Notes: generated by a model not told the origin, from the sequence alone. Shown: positions 12,201 through 22,674, numbered from the stretch's first letter. The stretch is DNA of 64,000 nucleotides from Nemertoderma westbladi (GCA_032718475.1 JAUCBJ010002682.1:19793-83792), one strand, 5' to 3'. Numbers and translations: made by a program.

Positions 12201-13050
12201 GTCGTTGTCGGTAGAATTCTTGCTGTTGTCGAGCAACTTCTGACGTAACCATACTTCCCTCGCAGATTTCGCTACGAATACTTACCAGCGATTGATTTAG
12301 TATTCCCGGTGCCGATTCGATTTGTGCGAATGAAGTTTCCCTCGTATATTCCGGCACGGTTTCCAAATCGCCGACGTCTTCGCCGCACATGCGTAAGTGG
12401 TCCGTCAGGTGTTTTAATTGTCCATCCAGTCGGTACAGTTCCTGTTCTTCCTCGGGTTGTAATAATTCGTCCGAAACTGACTCACCTAACAACTGGTCCG
12501 CTTGTTCCTGTTGTATCTGCCTAATCGTCGACTTAAACTGAATCAGTTTCTCTCTAGCGATCATTAGTTTCTCGAGGATTCTAAGTTGAGTGTCCATGTC
12601 CTGTCTCTGTCTAGCTAGATCTTGTAGACCAATTAGGTTATCTACGGACTTGTGTACTCTAGTTTGCACTCTAACCTGGAGGGTGTAGAACTCGAATCGA
12701 GACATCGGAGCGGTCAACTCGTCTAATATGCGATGACCTTCTCCAATACTCCTGGTTATATGCGCCATGTAACCTCCGACGCTTCTAACCACACTTTCCT
12801 GGCTTCCTGCTGAACTTACCATGTCCGTTTCCCTGTATCTAGGTTGCGGAACAGTTAGAAAGTCCTCGGTCCTGCCGTCGCCTCGTACTACGGCATCCGG
12901 TACTCCCGTTGGATGTACTGGTGACGCACACGGTGTAGGTTCGGTAGGCTCGCGAGTCTTCCCCTGTTGTCCTTCCGCTGCTGACTTATCCGCGTCACAC
13001 GAGTCATAGTCGGTAGGTGTATTCTTTGTATAGTCTTGTTTGTCACTCAT
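6298..13050 (-). CDS. BEL/Pao gag-protease-integrase polyprotein lacking RT and RNase H
   Basis: 2250 aa. Coiled-coil N-terminus; gag PPKFSG..W..F; BEL triple Zn knuckle (CQYC..H...C, CWRC...H...C, CPSC..H...LH); protease AILDSAS and TPIGW; then a low-complexity spacer; then SW...RKLAWIVRF, HHCC, GIDCFGP, FTCMSSRAVHIE, SDQGTNF, GGVWERLIRSIK, LNTRP, LTPAHLL. No Y(V/M)DD-type RT motif in context. Confidence 0.93.
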   Translation of the reverse strand: MSDKQDYTKNTPTDYDSCDADKSAAEGQQGKTREPTEPTPCASPVHPTGVPDAVVRGDGRTEDFLTVPQPRYRETDMVSSAGSQESVVRSVGGYMAHITRSIGEGHRILDELTAPMSRFEFYTLQVRVQTRVHKSVDNLIGLQDLARQRQDMDTQLRILEKLMIAREKLIQFKSTIRQIQQEQADQLLGESVSDELLQPEEEQELYRLDGQLKHLTDHLRMCGEDVGDLETVPEYTRETSFAQIESAPGILNQSLVSIRSEICEGSMVTSEVARQQQEFYRQRREMEEQAQLLVMQAAVEEEKLRVANIARISHLQEQAELEAAEVERLEVDIARQAAAAAAESERQAAAAAAESERQAAAAAAESERQAAAAAAELERDRLVSEARAEMKTRQIKAQSAIRQAEFEAQQRQTEQREKTAKLHFELEKKARELANAEEDLDQKARDRSMRSRDGHDLDQLEVRHRQIQERKKEGSVGAPGRERQLVKDVCQRFPQVTHMFAPVTTKEPVSIAGSSDISPIHGVTEHRFVIPDKFIPSRATSSPIPKVKVSNPPITDRSSLLTGPALLTTKQVSPPSTPKPVTHYAYPMTFRPTRPVVSNAVIRPPFNQFTSQSTTSRKTCEPTEQRRTVETRPFNQFTSQSTTSRKTCEPTEQRRSVDDVPKRNVRIRTTQRTRARRPPYPDDSSTSSESDYPKREVFRTGAADEYKRERSDNSFADNPPQNTPTQKALQPTDAISTQQFADILRPVVNKLAQIEERLEEVQTDSSRNSEFEHNRHQKEPQRPVPSNPTSYHGKAPRRDINQVTNQGRETLNVAEEIAKFAARQGLPVQQPPKFSGSSKHWHTFVDYIESQIAVCAFTSREKFNYLLQTLSGEPKRLAETFVGVPDAFELAYDRLTSIYGGTVSMARSVIEELCKGGAITKPVDLLKLADEIKNAITTLRSIGQLDYGNTPTVLLKIIGRLHHRLRREWRKVEYQREERGGFLKLEDVYLLISREAVVETRSNYTDQHIVAEGITLPSSNRQKPQTTSTKTATYATPTESRQFSDGNRVSAPIGTKQTRQQLSTDFNGCQYCEHLGKRYIGHKLRGCRQFRELNSEERRLQIRPLDSCWRCTRHGHVRKDCPNTDTCPSCGRNHDGLLHTDSHTPTKRFAREHPEAAARCDAAYRKRESKTTPTFVTHIEDCFSEQSGSSDEESEDDDEYPNGDEQPSIALLTTDQLKGFSVIPIKVTGTKGSKRIYAILDSASSHSYVDEKIADVVTDLKQGKHVSYTVSSMHGQRAIPVTRVKLDLDSLLPKSQHSERERSLLPFRDLTFAATKDFSNLLGPVPEQSLEDRKYFRHLGVPECPVNYRSVAMLIGTDQFNLHQVWETRPSAVVAGNAYACRTPIGWYTRAPVRTLDVSDEEDDVQSTCSLLTTNSIHSFSPDVNHTTLQSTKHNRRVTSMISHKEQLTHQRSLELGEKTSQLEIPSTTDDRLASLPTPTTSTMPVDIDDEALRNQQVEQAVLDKLKKKPKAKWKDITSKVKRGRLASLSTPDILPDGQPDVLTDMSQNVPPDVSNTLTNSEAAVSLLERPSIDKQPDTLPDVSPDTLLDSRLDTSNVLTNDKAAVSLLERPCIDKLPILTHLSIHKHGETSCITDVGSTYANVNTGVTLRSRDIPNLQPIVRPGINVGRKISLPKPADPIEFKPPLTIDLQSTDNQGKKTKKDKLLVDPDGSTVNKRILTGGPVGPSSNSKPSKFSIDLPDDVTNTYVDRIVNLTDSWTSACRKLAWIVRFVQYVKGKRDFTRRLTLAEIDRCEIKLIRHYQLRYFAREFTSINQGQSIKSSPILSWSPIIYNGLICHKSRLQNIDFNTNFRYPIIIPQHHELQRAMILDAHLHLKHAGRHHCLSYLRTRFVLIRPSKALSSVTRTCIICKKVHSRIGTQEMSELPQARLQAFRPPFTETGIDCFGPIHTKRGRILVKRWGLIFTCMSSRAVHIERVMDLSTNAFILALRRFIARRGLVKCLYSDQGTNFVGARNEIARAFKKLDHDQISNELQPHKIVWKFNPPDSPWRGGVWERLIRSIKTAMAKVIPVNHILTDDQLTTLFVEIEAILNTRPIVLVPDDKQSQFALTPAHLLMQAPTTLTPISIPIESDSYGRKAWKITQLLANKFWEIWQNHYLPSISARTNWYNNTRALKPGDHVLLAEVNLKRRFWITGVILATHPSMDGVTRTVTVRTIDGRTVDRPTQRLVLLEETRNESGDYKSPPNTSK

Positions 13051-15702
13051 TTCGGTAGTTGTAAGTCAAGTAAAGTGAGTGTCAAAGTATCGAGTTTTAC
13101 CGTATTTATACAAAACGGTACTAATTACAGTCTTATAAAATTAGCCTACCGGCCGATTTTATAGCAGATGGATAAAATTAGCCTAAAACGGCCAATTTTA
13201 CAGCAAATAAATGTCACGGAATAAGTATATAATAAAATTAGCCTAGCGGCCAATTTTATAACAAATAAATCGGATAACGATATGCGTTATCAAAAGGTAA
13301 ATTAAATACAATAATACGGACTAATTCAGCAATGAACAAAGAAATCATACGGAATGCATAAATACTTGAGACAGTGGAACCCACAATAATTTTAACTAAT
13401 ACGGTAATGCCTAACTTATTTATGCAACTTTTCGAACTCACCCACTCCAATAATTCTCCAGAAAAACAGATTCCCAGATACAAACCGGACGTGAACCTTT
13501 CCGTTTTTAACGTTGCGGACGAAACGCGATTTTCCCAACCAAAGTTGTTGAGTTATCTATCTCCCAAACTTGCTAAACACGGTCTTGCTCCCGTTACAGT
13601 CTAGAAATGAGTTCTGAATCCTGAAAAAACAAAAGAGTTAGGTTTTACTTTACGAAAATTTTGTACCGGTACAATATGGTATTTAAACCCCTTTAAACAC
13701 CGGTATTCAATTCCAAAATATTTTACACGCGGTTCAAATCAAATTTTTATTTCAAAAAATTAGCACTCAGCTAATCAAATACGAATTTTTACCTCAAAAT
13801 ACAAAATTTTCAAATAACTTTAGTCCTACCGAACCGTAGTTCAGTAAAACATATTCCTACTAATTTAGGAAATATGTTAAAATAATCATATTCCTACTAA
13901 TTGAAGAGATACGCCTATTCCTACTATTGGAAGAGACGGTAACAATACCTGCAATATCTTACTGTAAAGTTTGTAAATCAAATCATAAATCCGACCTTCT
14001 CACCAAAACAGTAAACTCTAAGTAAGCGAATATATTGCAGTATTGATCTCTTATAACCGGTGAGGCAGAAAACAGTCTACGAGCAGACAAACTTCGATAA
14101 AACAAAATCCCGCGCAGCGAATCCTAAAATCAGGCTGACTCACTGACGGACTAAGGGGCTCGTATACTTTGCCGCGGTGTGATTTATATGGTTGGGCAAA
14201 GAGACGCTAGCTAGGTACAGGCAGAGATTTGGAGATGTCTAACTAGCGGGCAAAGCACAGTACGGACAAAGTTAATTTTATATATTTCGAGGTGTAAATA
14301 ATTTCTAACGCGCGTGTTAATTCTGAATGGTCAAAACAGTTTTGCTCCTTCACATATATAATTACTGGGTACGGTGTACATTTACGAATATTCTAATTTT
14401 GTAACTTGTAGGTCCAATACTCACGAATGATAAGGTTCCTTCCCCTCTTGCGTATTTCCAGGACTCAAATTCAGGCATAAGGTTAATACTACGCCCAGAA
14501 TTCGGCAATTTTAGGTACCAGGTCCCTGATACTAAGAAGAGATGTGTTAGTGTACTACTGTAGGCGTACGGGTACTAATAGCTATCCTGGCTCCTATCTA
14601 GAATTTTAGTCACCCAGGTAGTCCGGGTAACTTCCTATTAGGGCGTTGGCGGGGACACGGTAGATGTTAGTATATCCCTGATAGCCTCAATTTATTTGCG
14701 CCTAGTGTAAACTGCCCTACCGCCTGAACGGTACAATCCCAATTCAGGTGAAAACACAGCAACCCCCCTAGCCTACAAGTTCTGATGTAATGGACACTGT
14801 CGTACTGCAAATAGTCGCACACGCACCTGTACTTAGCAAGAGTTAAGCGTACAGTTTGCTGCACCCTAACCAATGTGTATGCCTTGTACCGGTGTGCCTA
14901 CGTCCTATCTGCGTACTAGTATCTGCCTGCGCTCTCTCTCCCCCCGTAGGAATATGAAGGTCTACTGTGGGTTTTTTCCTGAATCAAGACAGTACAGTCC
15001 CTATGATGTAATTTTGGGCTTACAGCGTGTCACTACGTCTACCTTTGATCTTTTGGTCTTATACTTAGGTAGCAAGGATCGAACGCTGTCTAACCTTTCA
15101 GGCGATGGGCGAATAACTCCAAAATGGTATTGCGAGTTGTCTCTCGTCTACATTCCCGTGATGTTCCCGTTCATTGCTGCGGCCCGATCTCTAGCCGGCC
15201 ATCCTGTCCCTGAGTTTGTTCACCGTAGTGAATTCATAGTAAAACAGAAAAGCTGAGAGAATATTCTGACTTTATTACAGAAGACACAATTATAATACAA
15301 TGTAATCTGAGAATAAACTAAGCACGACAGAGAGATTGATTATAAGAAGTTTGTGTGAGTATAAAGTATATACTAAAGTAGTATACTAAAGTAGTAAACT
15401 AATGAACGAAATCGCACCTTTTTATACCAAATTTGTGCCGCAATCAATCGAGAAAATTCTCGATTGTTCTATAGATTCTAACAAGGTTTTAAAGATAGCT
15501 ATTGGTCCAGCTAATATATAACTTGCACGACATTGGTTACAATCAAATAACTACAGTCTTATTGGTACAGACAAATGCAATTAATTTGTAGCGGTTAATT
15601 TAAATGAGTTGAAATTCTGCACAAAAAATAATTCGCACTTACTAGGATTCGAACTCGATACCTACTACACATATAATTTCCAACGCTCTACCAACTGAGC
15701 TA

Positions 15703-17637
15703 GGGCTGGGGTAAAACAGACTGTAAACAAGGGGGGAAAAGAATTACGCGGAAAAATGACCAGAGAGGGAGGAAAAACGCAGAGAGAAAGGAAAAACGCA
15801 ATAATGTATTTTTCTACCATACATATTTTTATTAGAATTATTATACTTTGTAAATATTGAAACATCAATATTAAGTATGAGAACATGTAATATACATAAT
15901 AGAGCATTGTACATTATACAGTAACTTATACAAATTTAACTTATTCAACAAATAATATATTATTCTTTACGTCTAACAACTATCAACGTAGGCTATTCTA
16001 CCCCTAAAAGTCTGTTTACACGTGGAAACTTTTAGATCAACTTTCTCGGCAAAATAGCAACTTTTTTTGGAAAAACTTAATTTAATCACTGTTTACACGT
16101 GGCAACTTTACCAGCAACATGGCCGGCAACTTTTAGAGCAACTTGGCTAGTTTGACTGTAAAATAGTGGGTCATTTTATCTACTAGCTATTTTTTGATAA
16201 TTTAATTTGATTATCCCGCTTTAATTCGCCAACGCAAATTCCTTCACGTTGCCGTCAAAGTTGAGCAACTTTTACGGCAATTTTTTTCAGCAACTTACGT
16301 GTTTACACGGAGCAACTTGATCGGCAACCTGGTTTGCTCTACAAGTTGCCGAGAAAGTTGCTCTAAAAGTTGCCACGTGTAAACATGCCTTAAGGCAAGG
16401 ATATGCTCATTGCTCATCTCAAAGATCCATTAGTTTTCCAATAATTTAATTTAAAACTAATAATAATACGATATGGAACTCTGATTCCTCTGCTGACGTA
16501 AAACATAAAAAATCTAAAATACAGTACCCTTTTCGAAATAGGTCACCTTCTAAAATATTAAATTAAAGTACACTGTAAACAATCCATCAAACATAGATCT
16601 TACCAATTTTCCATAACCTTTTCCATCCAATATTTTATATTTTATGTATTTCCTATCTCGACTCATTAGTTTAGTTTTATATACCTGGATCAGCATCGGA
16701 ACTCCAGTGAAACAATTGATTGCGCTGTAGATTAACTTAGGATAATTAATTATTTCCCTATCAGCAACAACAGTAACAATCTCACACCTCACAATATTCA
16801 CATAATAGTAATACCCCCCCCCCCCCCCCCTTTTTTTGCAAGGACTACACACCACCCCTACCTGCCCAGCACTCCCAGACAATACATTGGGCTATAATAC
16901 TAGCCACGCCATTGTCCAAAGTATTATTGTAACTTAACTTTTAATATTGCAATTATACAATATACTGTATATATTACTCTATATGTGCAATGTGAGTATC
17001 GGATTACCAAATAACAATAAATTTTAAACAATTGTCTTCTTTAGTCTAAAATTCGCAACTGTTCGGTGGTCCACCCACACGAACAACACCATGTAGTACT
17101 AAAACCTCTAGGCCTACAACTACATGCTCTAAAACCCCAAAAATGACCCCCCCCGCTAAATGGCAGGTCTCCGTTTGCTAATTCCCTTATCAAAACACGG
17201 TACTCATGGATGCATTTGAAGTCATGACACATTACTGAAAGTTTATTATTTTACTCATAAGTATAGACAACTATATCATTTATTTGTCAATATAACACGA
17301 TTAACGGACTCGTTTAATTAAACGTAACGTAAATCTTTAATGAAATTTAAAAATTCCTTCCAAATCCTTGCCTGTAATCAATAATTAATTAAAAGTTTAG
17401 TTGTTTTGTTGGGTTAACTTAGCAGCCTATCCAAGTACATGATTTCCCATCTCCTCAACCAGGGGAACTACTATATAGTTTAAACTATGTAAGCTATTTA
17501 TAGCAGCCAATAGAAAGCCGGGTTTTTCCTACCATCCACCTAAGCAAGCTACTCCCTTCCTCACCTCCACGCTACTCGCGACCTTAGCTCTAGCCTACTC
17601 TCAACCTTAGATTTACCACAGTCCTTAGGTATTCTGC
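15703..17637. mobile_element. Non-coding insertion without TIRs, in the tRNA-like A box, flanked by an 8-bp duplication CTGAGCTA
   Basis: Absent from the left LTR. CTGAGCTA occurs at 15695-15702 and 17638-17645 but only once (827-834) in the empty copy. Confidence 0.88.
16008..16390. mobile_element. PIF/Harbinger-type MITE nested in the insertion
   Basis: About 45-bp imperfect TIRs (aagtctgtttacacgtggaaacttttagatcaactttctcggcaa / ttgccgagaaagttgctctaaaagttgccacgtgtaaacatgcct), with TAA on both sides (16005-16007, 16391-16393). Confidence 0.8.
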
Positions 17638-17778
17638 CTGAGCTACTGAACCACTTGACCGATGGGTGCACAATAGATAGAACCAATACTAATGAGAACT
17701 CAAAGCAATCTTTACAAAGTTAATTCGAATAAAATAAAATTTTGAAAATCCACGGCATTTAGGGAATATAATTCTATA

Positions 17779-20700
17779 AGTGTAATGAAATAGTTAGTTA
17801 TGGTACAACTATAACACTAGTGTAATGAAATAGTTAGTTATGGTACAACTATAACACTAGTGTAATTAAATAGTTATGGTACAACTATAACACTAGTGTA
17901 ATGAAATAGTTATGGTACAACTATAACACTAGTGTAATGAAATAGTTATGGTACAACTATAACACTAGTGTAATGAAATAGTTATGGTACAACTATAACA
18001 CTAGTGTAATGAAATAGTTATGGTACAACTATAACACTAGTGTAATGAAATAGTTATGGTACAACTATTACACTAGTGTAGTTAAATAGTTATGGTACAA
18101 CTATTACACTAGTGTAATTAAATAGTTATGGTACAACTATAACACTAGTGTAATGAAATAGTTAGTTATGGTACAACTATAACACTAGTGTAATTAAATA
18201 GTTATGGTACAACTATAACACTAGTGTAATGAAATAGTTATGGTACAACTATAACACTAGTGTAGTTAAATAGTTATGGTACAACTATAACACTAGTGTA
18301 ATTAAATAGTTATGGTACAACTATAACACTAGTGTAATGAAATAGTTAGTTATGGTACAACTATAACACTAGTGTAATGAAATAGTTAGTTATGGTACAA
18401 CTATAACACTAGTGTAATTAAATAGTTATGGTACAACTATAACACTAGTGTAATGAAATAGTTATGGTACAACTATAACACTAGTGTAATTAAATAGTTA
18501 GTTATGGTACAACTATAACACTAGTGTAATTAAATAGTTAGTTATGGTACAACTATAACAATAGTGTAATGAAATAGTTATGGTACAACTATTACACTAG
18601 TGTAATTAAATAGTTATGGTACAGCTATAACACTAGTGTAATGAAATAGTTAGTTATGGTACAACTATTACACTAGTGTAATGAAATAGTTAGTTATGGT
18701 ACAACTATAACACCAGTGTAATGAAATAGTTATGGTACAACTATAACACTAGTGTAATGAAATAGTTATGGTACAACTATAACACTAGTGTAATGAAATA
18801 GTTATGGTACAACTATAACACTAGTGTAATGAAATAGTTATGGTACAACTATAACACTAGTGTAATGAAATAGTTATGGTACAACTATTACACTAGTGTA
18901 GTTAAATAGTTATGGTACAACTATAACACTAGTGTAGTTAAATAGTTATGGTACAACTATAACACTAGTGTAATGAAATAGTTATGGTACAACTATAACA
19001 CTAGTGTAATGAAATAGTTAGTTATGGTACAACTATAACACCAGTGTAATGAAATAGTTAGTTATGGTACAACTATAACACTAGTGTAATTAAATAGTTA
19101 TGGTACAACTATAACACTAGTGTAATGAAATAGTTATGGTACAACTATTACACTAGTGTAGTTAAATAGTTATGGTACAACTATAACACTAGTGTAGTTA
19201 AATAGTTATGGTACAACTATAACACTAGTGTAATTAAATAGTTATGGTACAACTATGACACTAGTGTAATTAAATAGTTATGGTACAACTATAACACTAG
19301 TGTAATGAAATAGTTATGGTACAACTATAACACTAGTGTAATTAAATAGTTATGGTACAACTATAACACTAGTGTAATGAAATAGTTATGGTACAACTAT
19401 AACACTAGTGTAATGAAATAGTTATGGTACAACTATAACACTAGTGTAATGAAATAGTTATGGTACAACTATAACACTAGTGTAATGAAATAGTTATGGT
19501 ACAACTATAACACTAGTGTAATGAAATAGTTACGGTACAACTATAACACTAGTGTAATGAAATAGTTATGGTACAACTATTACACCAGTGTAATGAAATA
19601 GTTATGGTACAACTATAACACTAGTGTAATTAAATAGTTATGGTACAACTATAACACTTGTGTAATGAAATAGTTATGGTACAACTATAACACTAGTGTA
19701 ATGAAATAGTTATGGTACAACTATTACACCAGTGTAATTAAATAGTTATGGTACAACTATAACACTAGTGTAATTAAATAGTTATGGTACAACTATAACA
19801 CTAGTGTAATGAAATAGTTATGGTACAACTATAACACTAGTGTAATGAAATAGTTATGGTACAACTATAACACTAGTGTAATGAAATAGTTATGGTACAA
19901 CTATAACACTAGTGTAATGAAATAGTTATGGTACAACTATTACACTAGTGTAGTTAAATAGTTATGGTACAACTATAACACTAGTGTAGTTAAATAGTTA
20001 TGGTACAACTATAACACTAGTGTAATGAAATAGTTAGATATAGTACAACTATAACACTAGTGTAATTAAATAGTTAGTTATGGTACAACTATAACACTAG
20101 TGTAATGAAATAGTTATGGTACAACTATAACACTAGTGTAATGAAATAGTTATGGTACAACTATTACACCAGTGTAATTAAATAGTTATGGTACAACTAT
20201 AATACTAGTGTAATTAAATAGTTATGGTACAACTATAACACTAGTGTAATTAAATAGTTATGGTACAACTATAACACTAGTGTAATTAAATAGTTATGGT
20301 ACAACTATAACACTAGTGTAATTAAATAGTTATGGTACAACTATAACACTAGTGTAATTAAATAGTTATGGTACAACTATAACACTAGTGTAATTAAATA
20401 GTTATGGTACAACTATAACACTAGTGTAATTAAATAGTTATGGTACAACTATAACACTAGTGTAATTAAATAGTTATGGTACAACTATAACACCAGTGTA
20501 ATGAAATAGTTATGGTACAACTATTACACTAGTGTAATTAAATAGTTATGGTACAACTATAAAACTAGTGTAATGAAATAGTTAGTTATGGTACAACTAT
20601 AACACTAGTGTAATTAAATAGTTAGTTATGGTACAACTATAACACTAGTGTAATTAAATAGTTATGGTACAACTATAACACCAGTGTAATGAAATAGTTA

Positions 20701-20855
20701 GTTATGGTACAACTATAACACTAGTGTAATTAAATAGTTAGTTATGGTACAACTATAACACTAGTGTAATTAAATAGTTACGGTACAACTATTACACTAG
20801 TGTAATGAAATAGTTAGTTATGGTACAACTATAACACTAGTGTAATGAAATAGTT
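17779..20855. repeat. 36/40-bp AT-rich tandem satellite (about 80 copies)
   Basis: Unit agtgtaatgaaatagttatggtacaactataacact with an optional extra gtta; contains the palindrome acactagtgt. Confidence 0.97.
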
Positions 20856-20988
20856 CGAGTACAAATATAACTAAAATTGTAATTAATAAAGGCCAATTTA
20901 TTTAAATCAAATTCCCATTTGTGCACAAAATTACATACCGGAGCATTTAATAAGATTACAGTTCTCTTCTCTTTAAGTGCTGTAATTT

Positions 20989-21210
20989 ACGTTTTGGATG
21001 AACTTGTAAAATTAATTATATTATGAAAACACGTTTTTGGATGAACTTGCAAAATTAATTATATTATGAAAACACGTTTTTGGTTCAACTTGCAAATTTA
21101 ATTATATTATGAAAACACGTTTTTGGATGAACTTGCAAAATTAATTATATTATGAAAACACGTTTTTGGTTGAACTTGCAAATTTAATTATATTATGAAA
21201 ACACGTTTTT
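20989..21210. repeat. About 43-bp minisatellite, about 5 copies
   Basis: acgtttttggatgaacttgcaaaattaattatattatgaaaac repeated. Confidence 0.9.
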
Positions 21211-21358
21211 GTTGTTGATTATTAGACCTAGGCCTACATATTGTAGGGTGTATTGTGGGGGGTTGGGGCATGGAGGGGAATTCAAATATGTACTGCTACT
21301 CATTCGCCAATGATGTAATTCCTGCATACTTAGTTACTTAGTTATTGTTCTCACTTAC

Positions 21359-21400
21359 CCTTTGTCATGAATCTACCACTTTTTCTCCTGATGGATGTCC
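21359..21400 (-). CDS. KCNT: Slo2/KCNT channel, probable 42-bp exon (GTSIRRKSGRFMTK)
   Basis: tttttag acceptor and GTAAGT donor; phase matches the preceding exon. Lies in a variable region, so there is no motif support. Confidence 0.6.
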
Positions 21401-21780
21401 CTAAAAATAAAAACCGGTTTAATAATTAAATAATTAATGTTACACACGAATTATAATATGCAAGTATATAATTATATAGTTTTACGAAAAATAATCATTA
21501 CACGGATTTAATTCAATACATAATAGTTAATAACTTCTTACGCAGTAAACTGCTAGTTGTCTGCACTCTATCACATTGCCCAATAATATGTAGGCCTATG
21601 GATATGCAGTGCACTCAACCCCATCTACCAATAAATGTCTGAACTTTCTCTCACTGTCAATCATCTACCTGATCTCTACCTGATTTCCCCTAATCTTTCT
21701 GCATTCACCCAAATTTGTAAATAATCTGTCTGCACTCTATCTGTGTTCCCATATACTGTAATATGACTGACTACACTCAC

Positions 21781-21983
21781 CGACATTGGCCATTAGGTTG
21801 CCTAGTTTATTAGTGATTGGTGCATCGTCCAGCCGCGGGTTGGCCAATGTGAAGCTACTGTGTTCCTCCTTGGTAATGTTCATGTAGAAACACGTGTCCG
21901 AAGCCGCCATTAAGTGATGCGGCCCTGGGTTCAACTGGAGGTTGCCGGCCTGACTTCGTATGCCAAGTAAACAAACACCAAAT
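21781..21983 (-). CDS. KCNT: Slo2/KCNT channel exon (end of RCK1)
   Basis: FGVCLLGI...LNPGPHHLMAASDTCFYMNITKEE, a KCNT hallmark; cag/gtgagt junctions. Confidence 0.93.
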
Positions 21984-22244
21984 CTGCGTACAAGTTTAAT
22001 ATGCTTCGATAACAAAATGACCATTTCACGTGATGTAAAAAGTTGTATTGATCTATGGTCTCCCACACCCACACCCACCCCCACCCCCAGCTTGCCGCAG
22101 TTTAGCGGATCGTCTATTTATTTTTGTAACAATTTTGGGAGAATCTACAGTGCCGCCATAGGTAAATTATACCTGATTAAAAAAAGTTAATATACGGGAC
22201 TTAATAATTAATTTACAACCCTAAATACGCCAATAATAACTCAC

Positions 22245-22394
22245 TTCTTATGAGCATGGAAGGATGCGTATGTGAAACTTTTACTGCAATATTCTCCGAA
22301 GAATTTACTGTCTCCGAGACGAATGTGGTAGATTTCGTTACCGGCACTGCGGCCGTATACGCGTTGCCAATAGTCGTCCGATCGTTGGCCTTCC
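22245..22394 (-). CDS. KCNT: Slo2/KCNT channel exon
   Basis: [49 protein letters not shown]; cag/gtgagt; phases fit. Confidence 0.93.
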
Positions 22395-22674
22395 CTGTGG
22401 GATTATAATTCGGTTTACGCACTGTATATGAAGTCGGACTTCATCCGCGCTAAAGACTTACAATTGTAAACGAGTAAACAGACAATTTTCGCATGTTAAA
22501 ATGGAGAAAGGAGTTCCAAATTGTATAACGGGTATGCGGGGCTGAAAAAAATAATCGCTATAACTTTTCATTCCCTCTTTCACTTCTATATGAAATAATT
22601 ATTATTTTGCTCAAAAATAACGCATTTGTTAGATTGCTTTAGGGTGATAATAATGTATGGCGTAAGTTTCAGTT

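Larger units (their letters stand above)
1..17778 (-). mobile_element. BEL/Pao-family LTR retrotransposon, RT/RNase H-less, with extra exonuclease ORF (left end runs off the window)
   Basis: Near-identical direct repeats (1-967 matches 14852-15702 plus 17646-17778) flank two long minus-strand ORFs. ORF1 has BEL-type gag, protease and integrase motifs. Confidence 0.93.
14852..17778 (-). repeat. 5' LTR, interrupted by a 1.9-kb insertion; inner boundary lies at or left of 14852 and is unresolved
   Basis: 14852-15702 equals 1-834 and 17646-17778 equals 835-967. TATA at 15426-15419, AATAAA at 15276-15271. Abuts the 36-bp satellite at 17779. Confidence 0.88.

Noticed and set aside
13988-14005. Candidate primer-binding site TGGTGAGAAGGTCGGAT (minus strand)
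   Set aside because: Starts with TGG and is tRNA-3'-like, but it is one base short of tRNA geometry, matches no tRNA I recognise, and is not preceded by CA. The inner LTR boundary cannot be fixed in this window.
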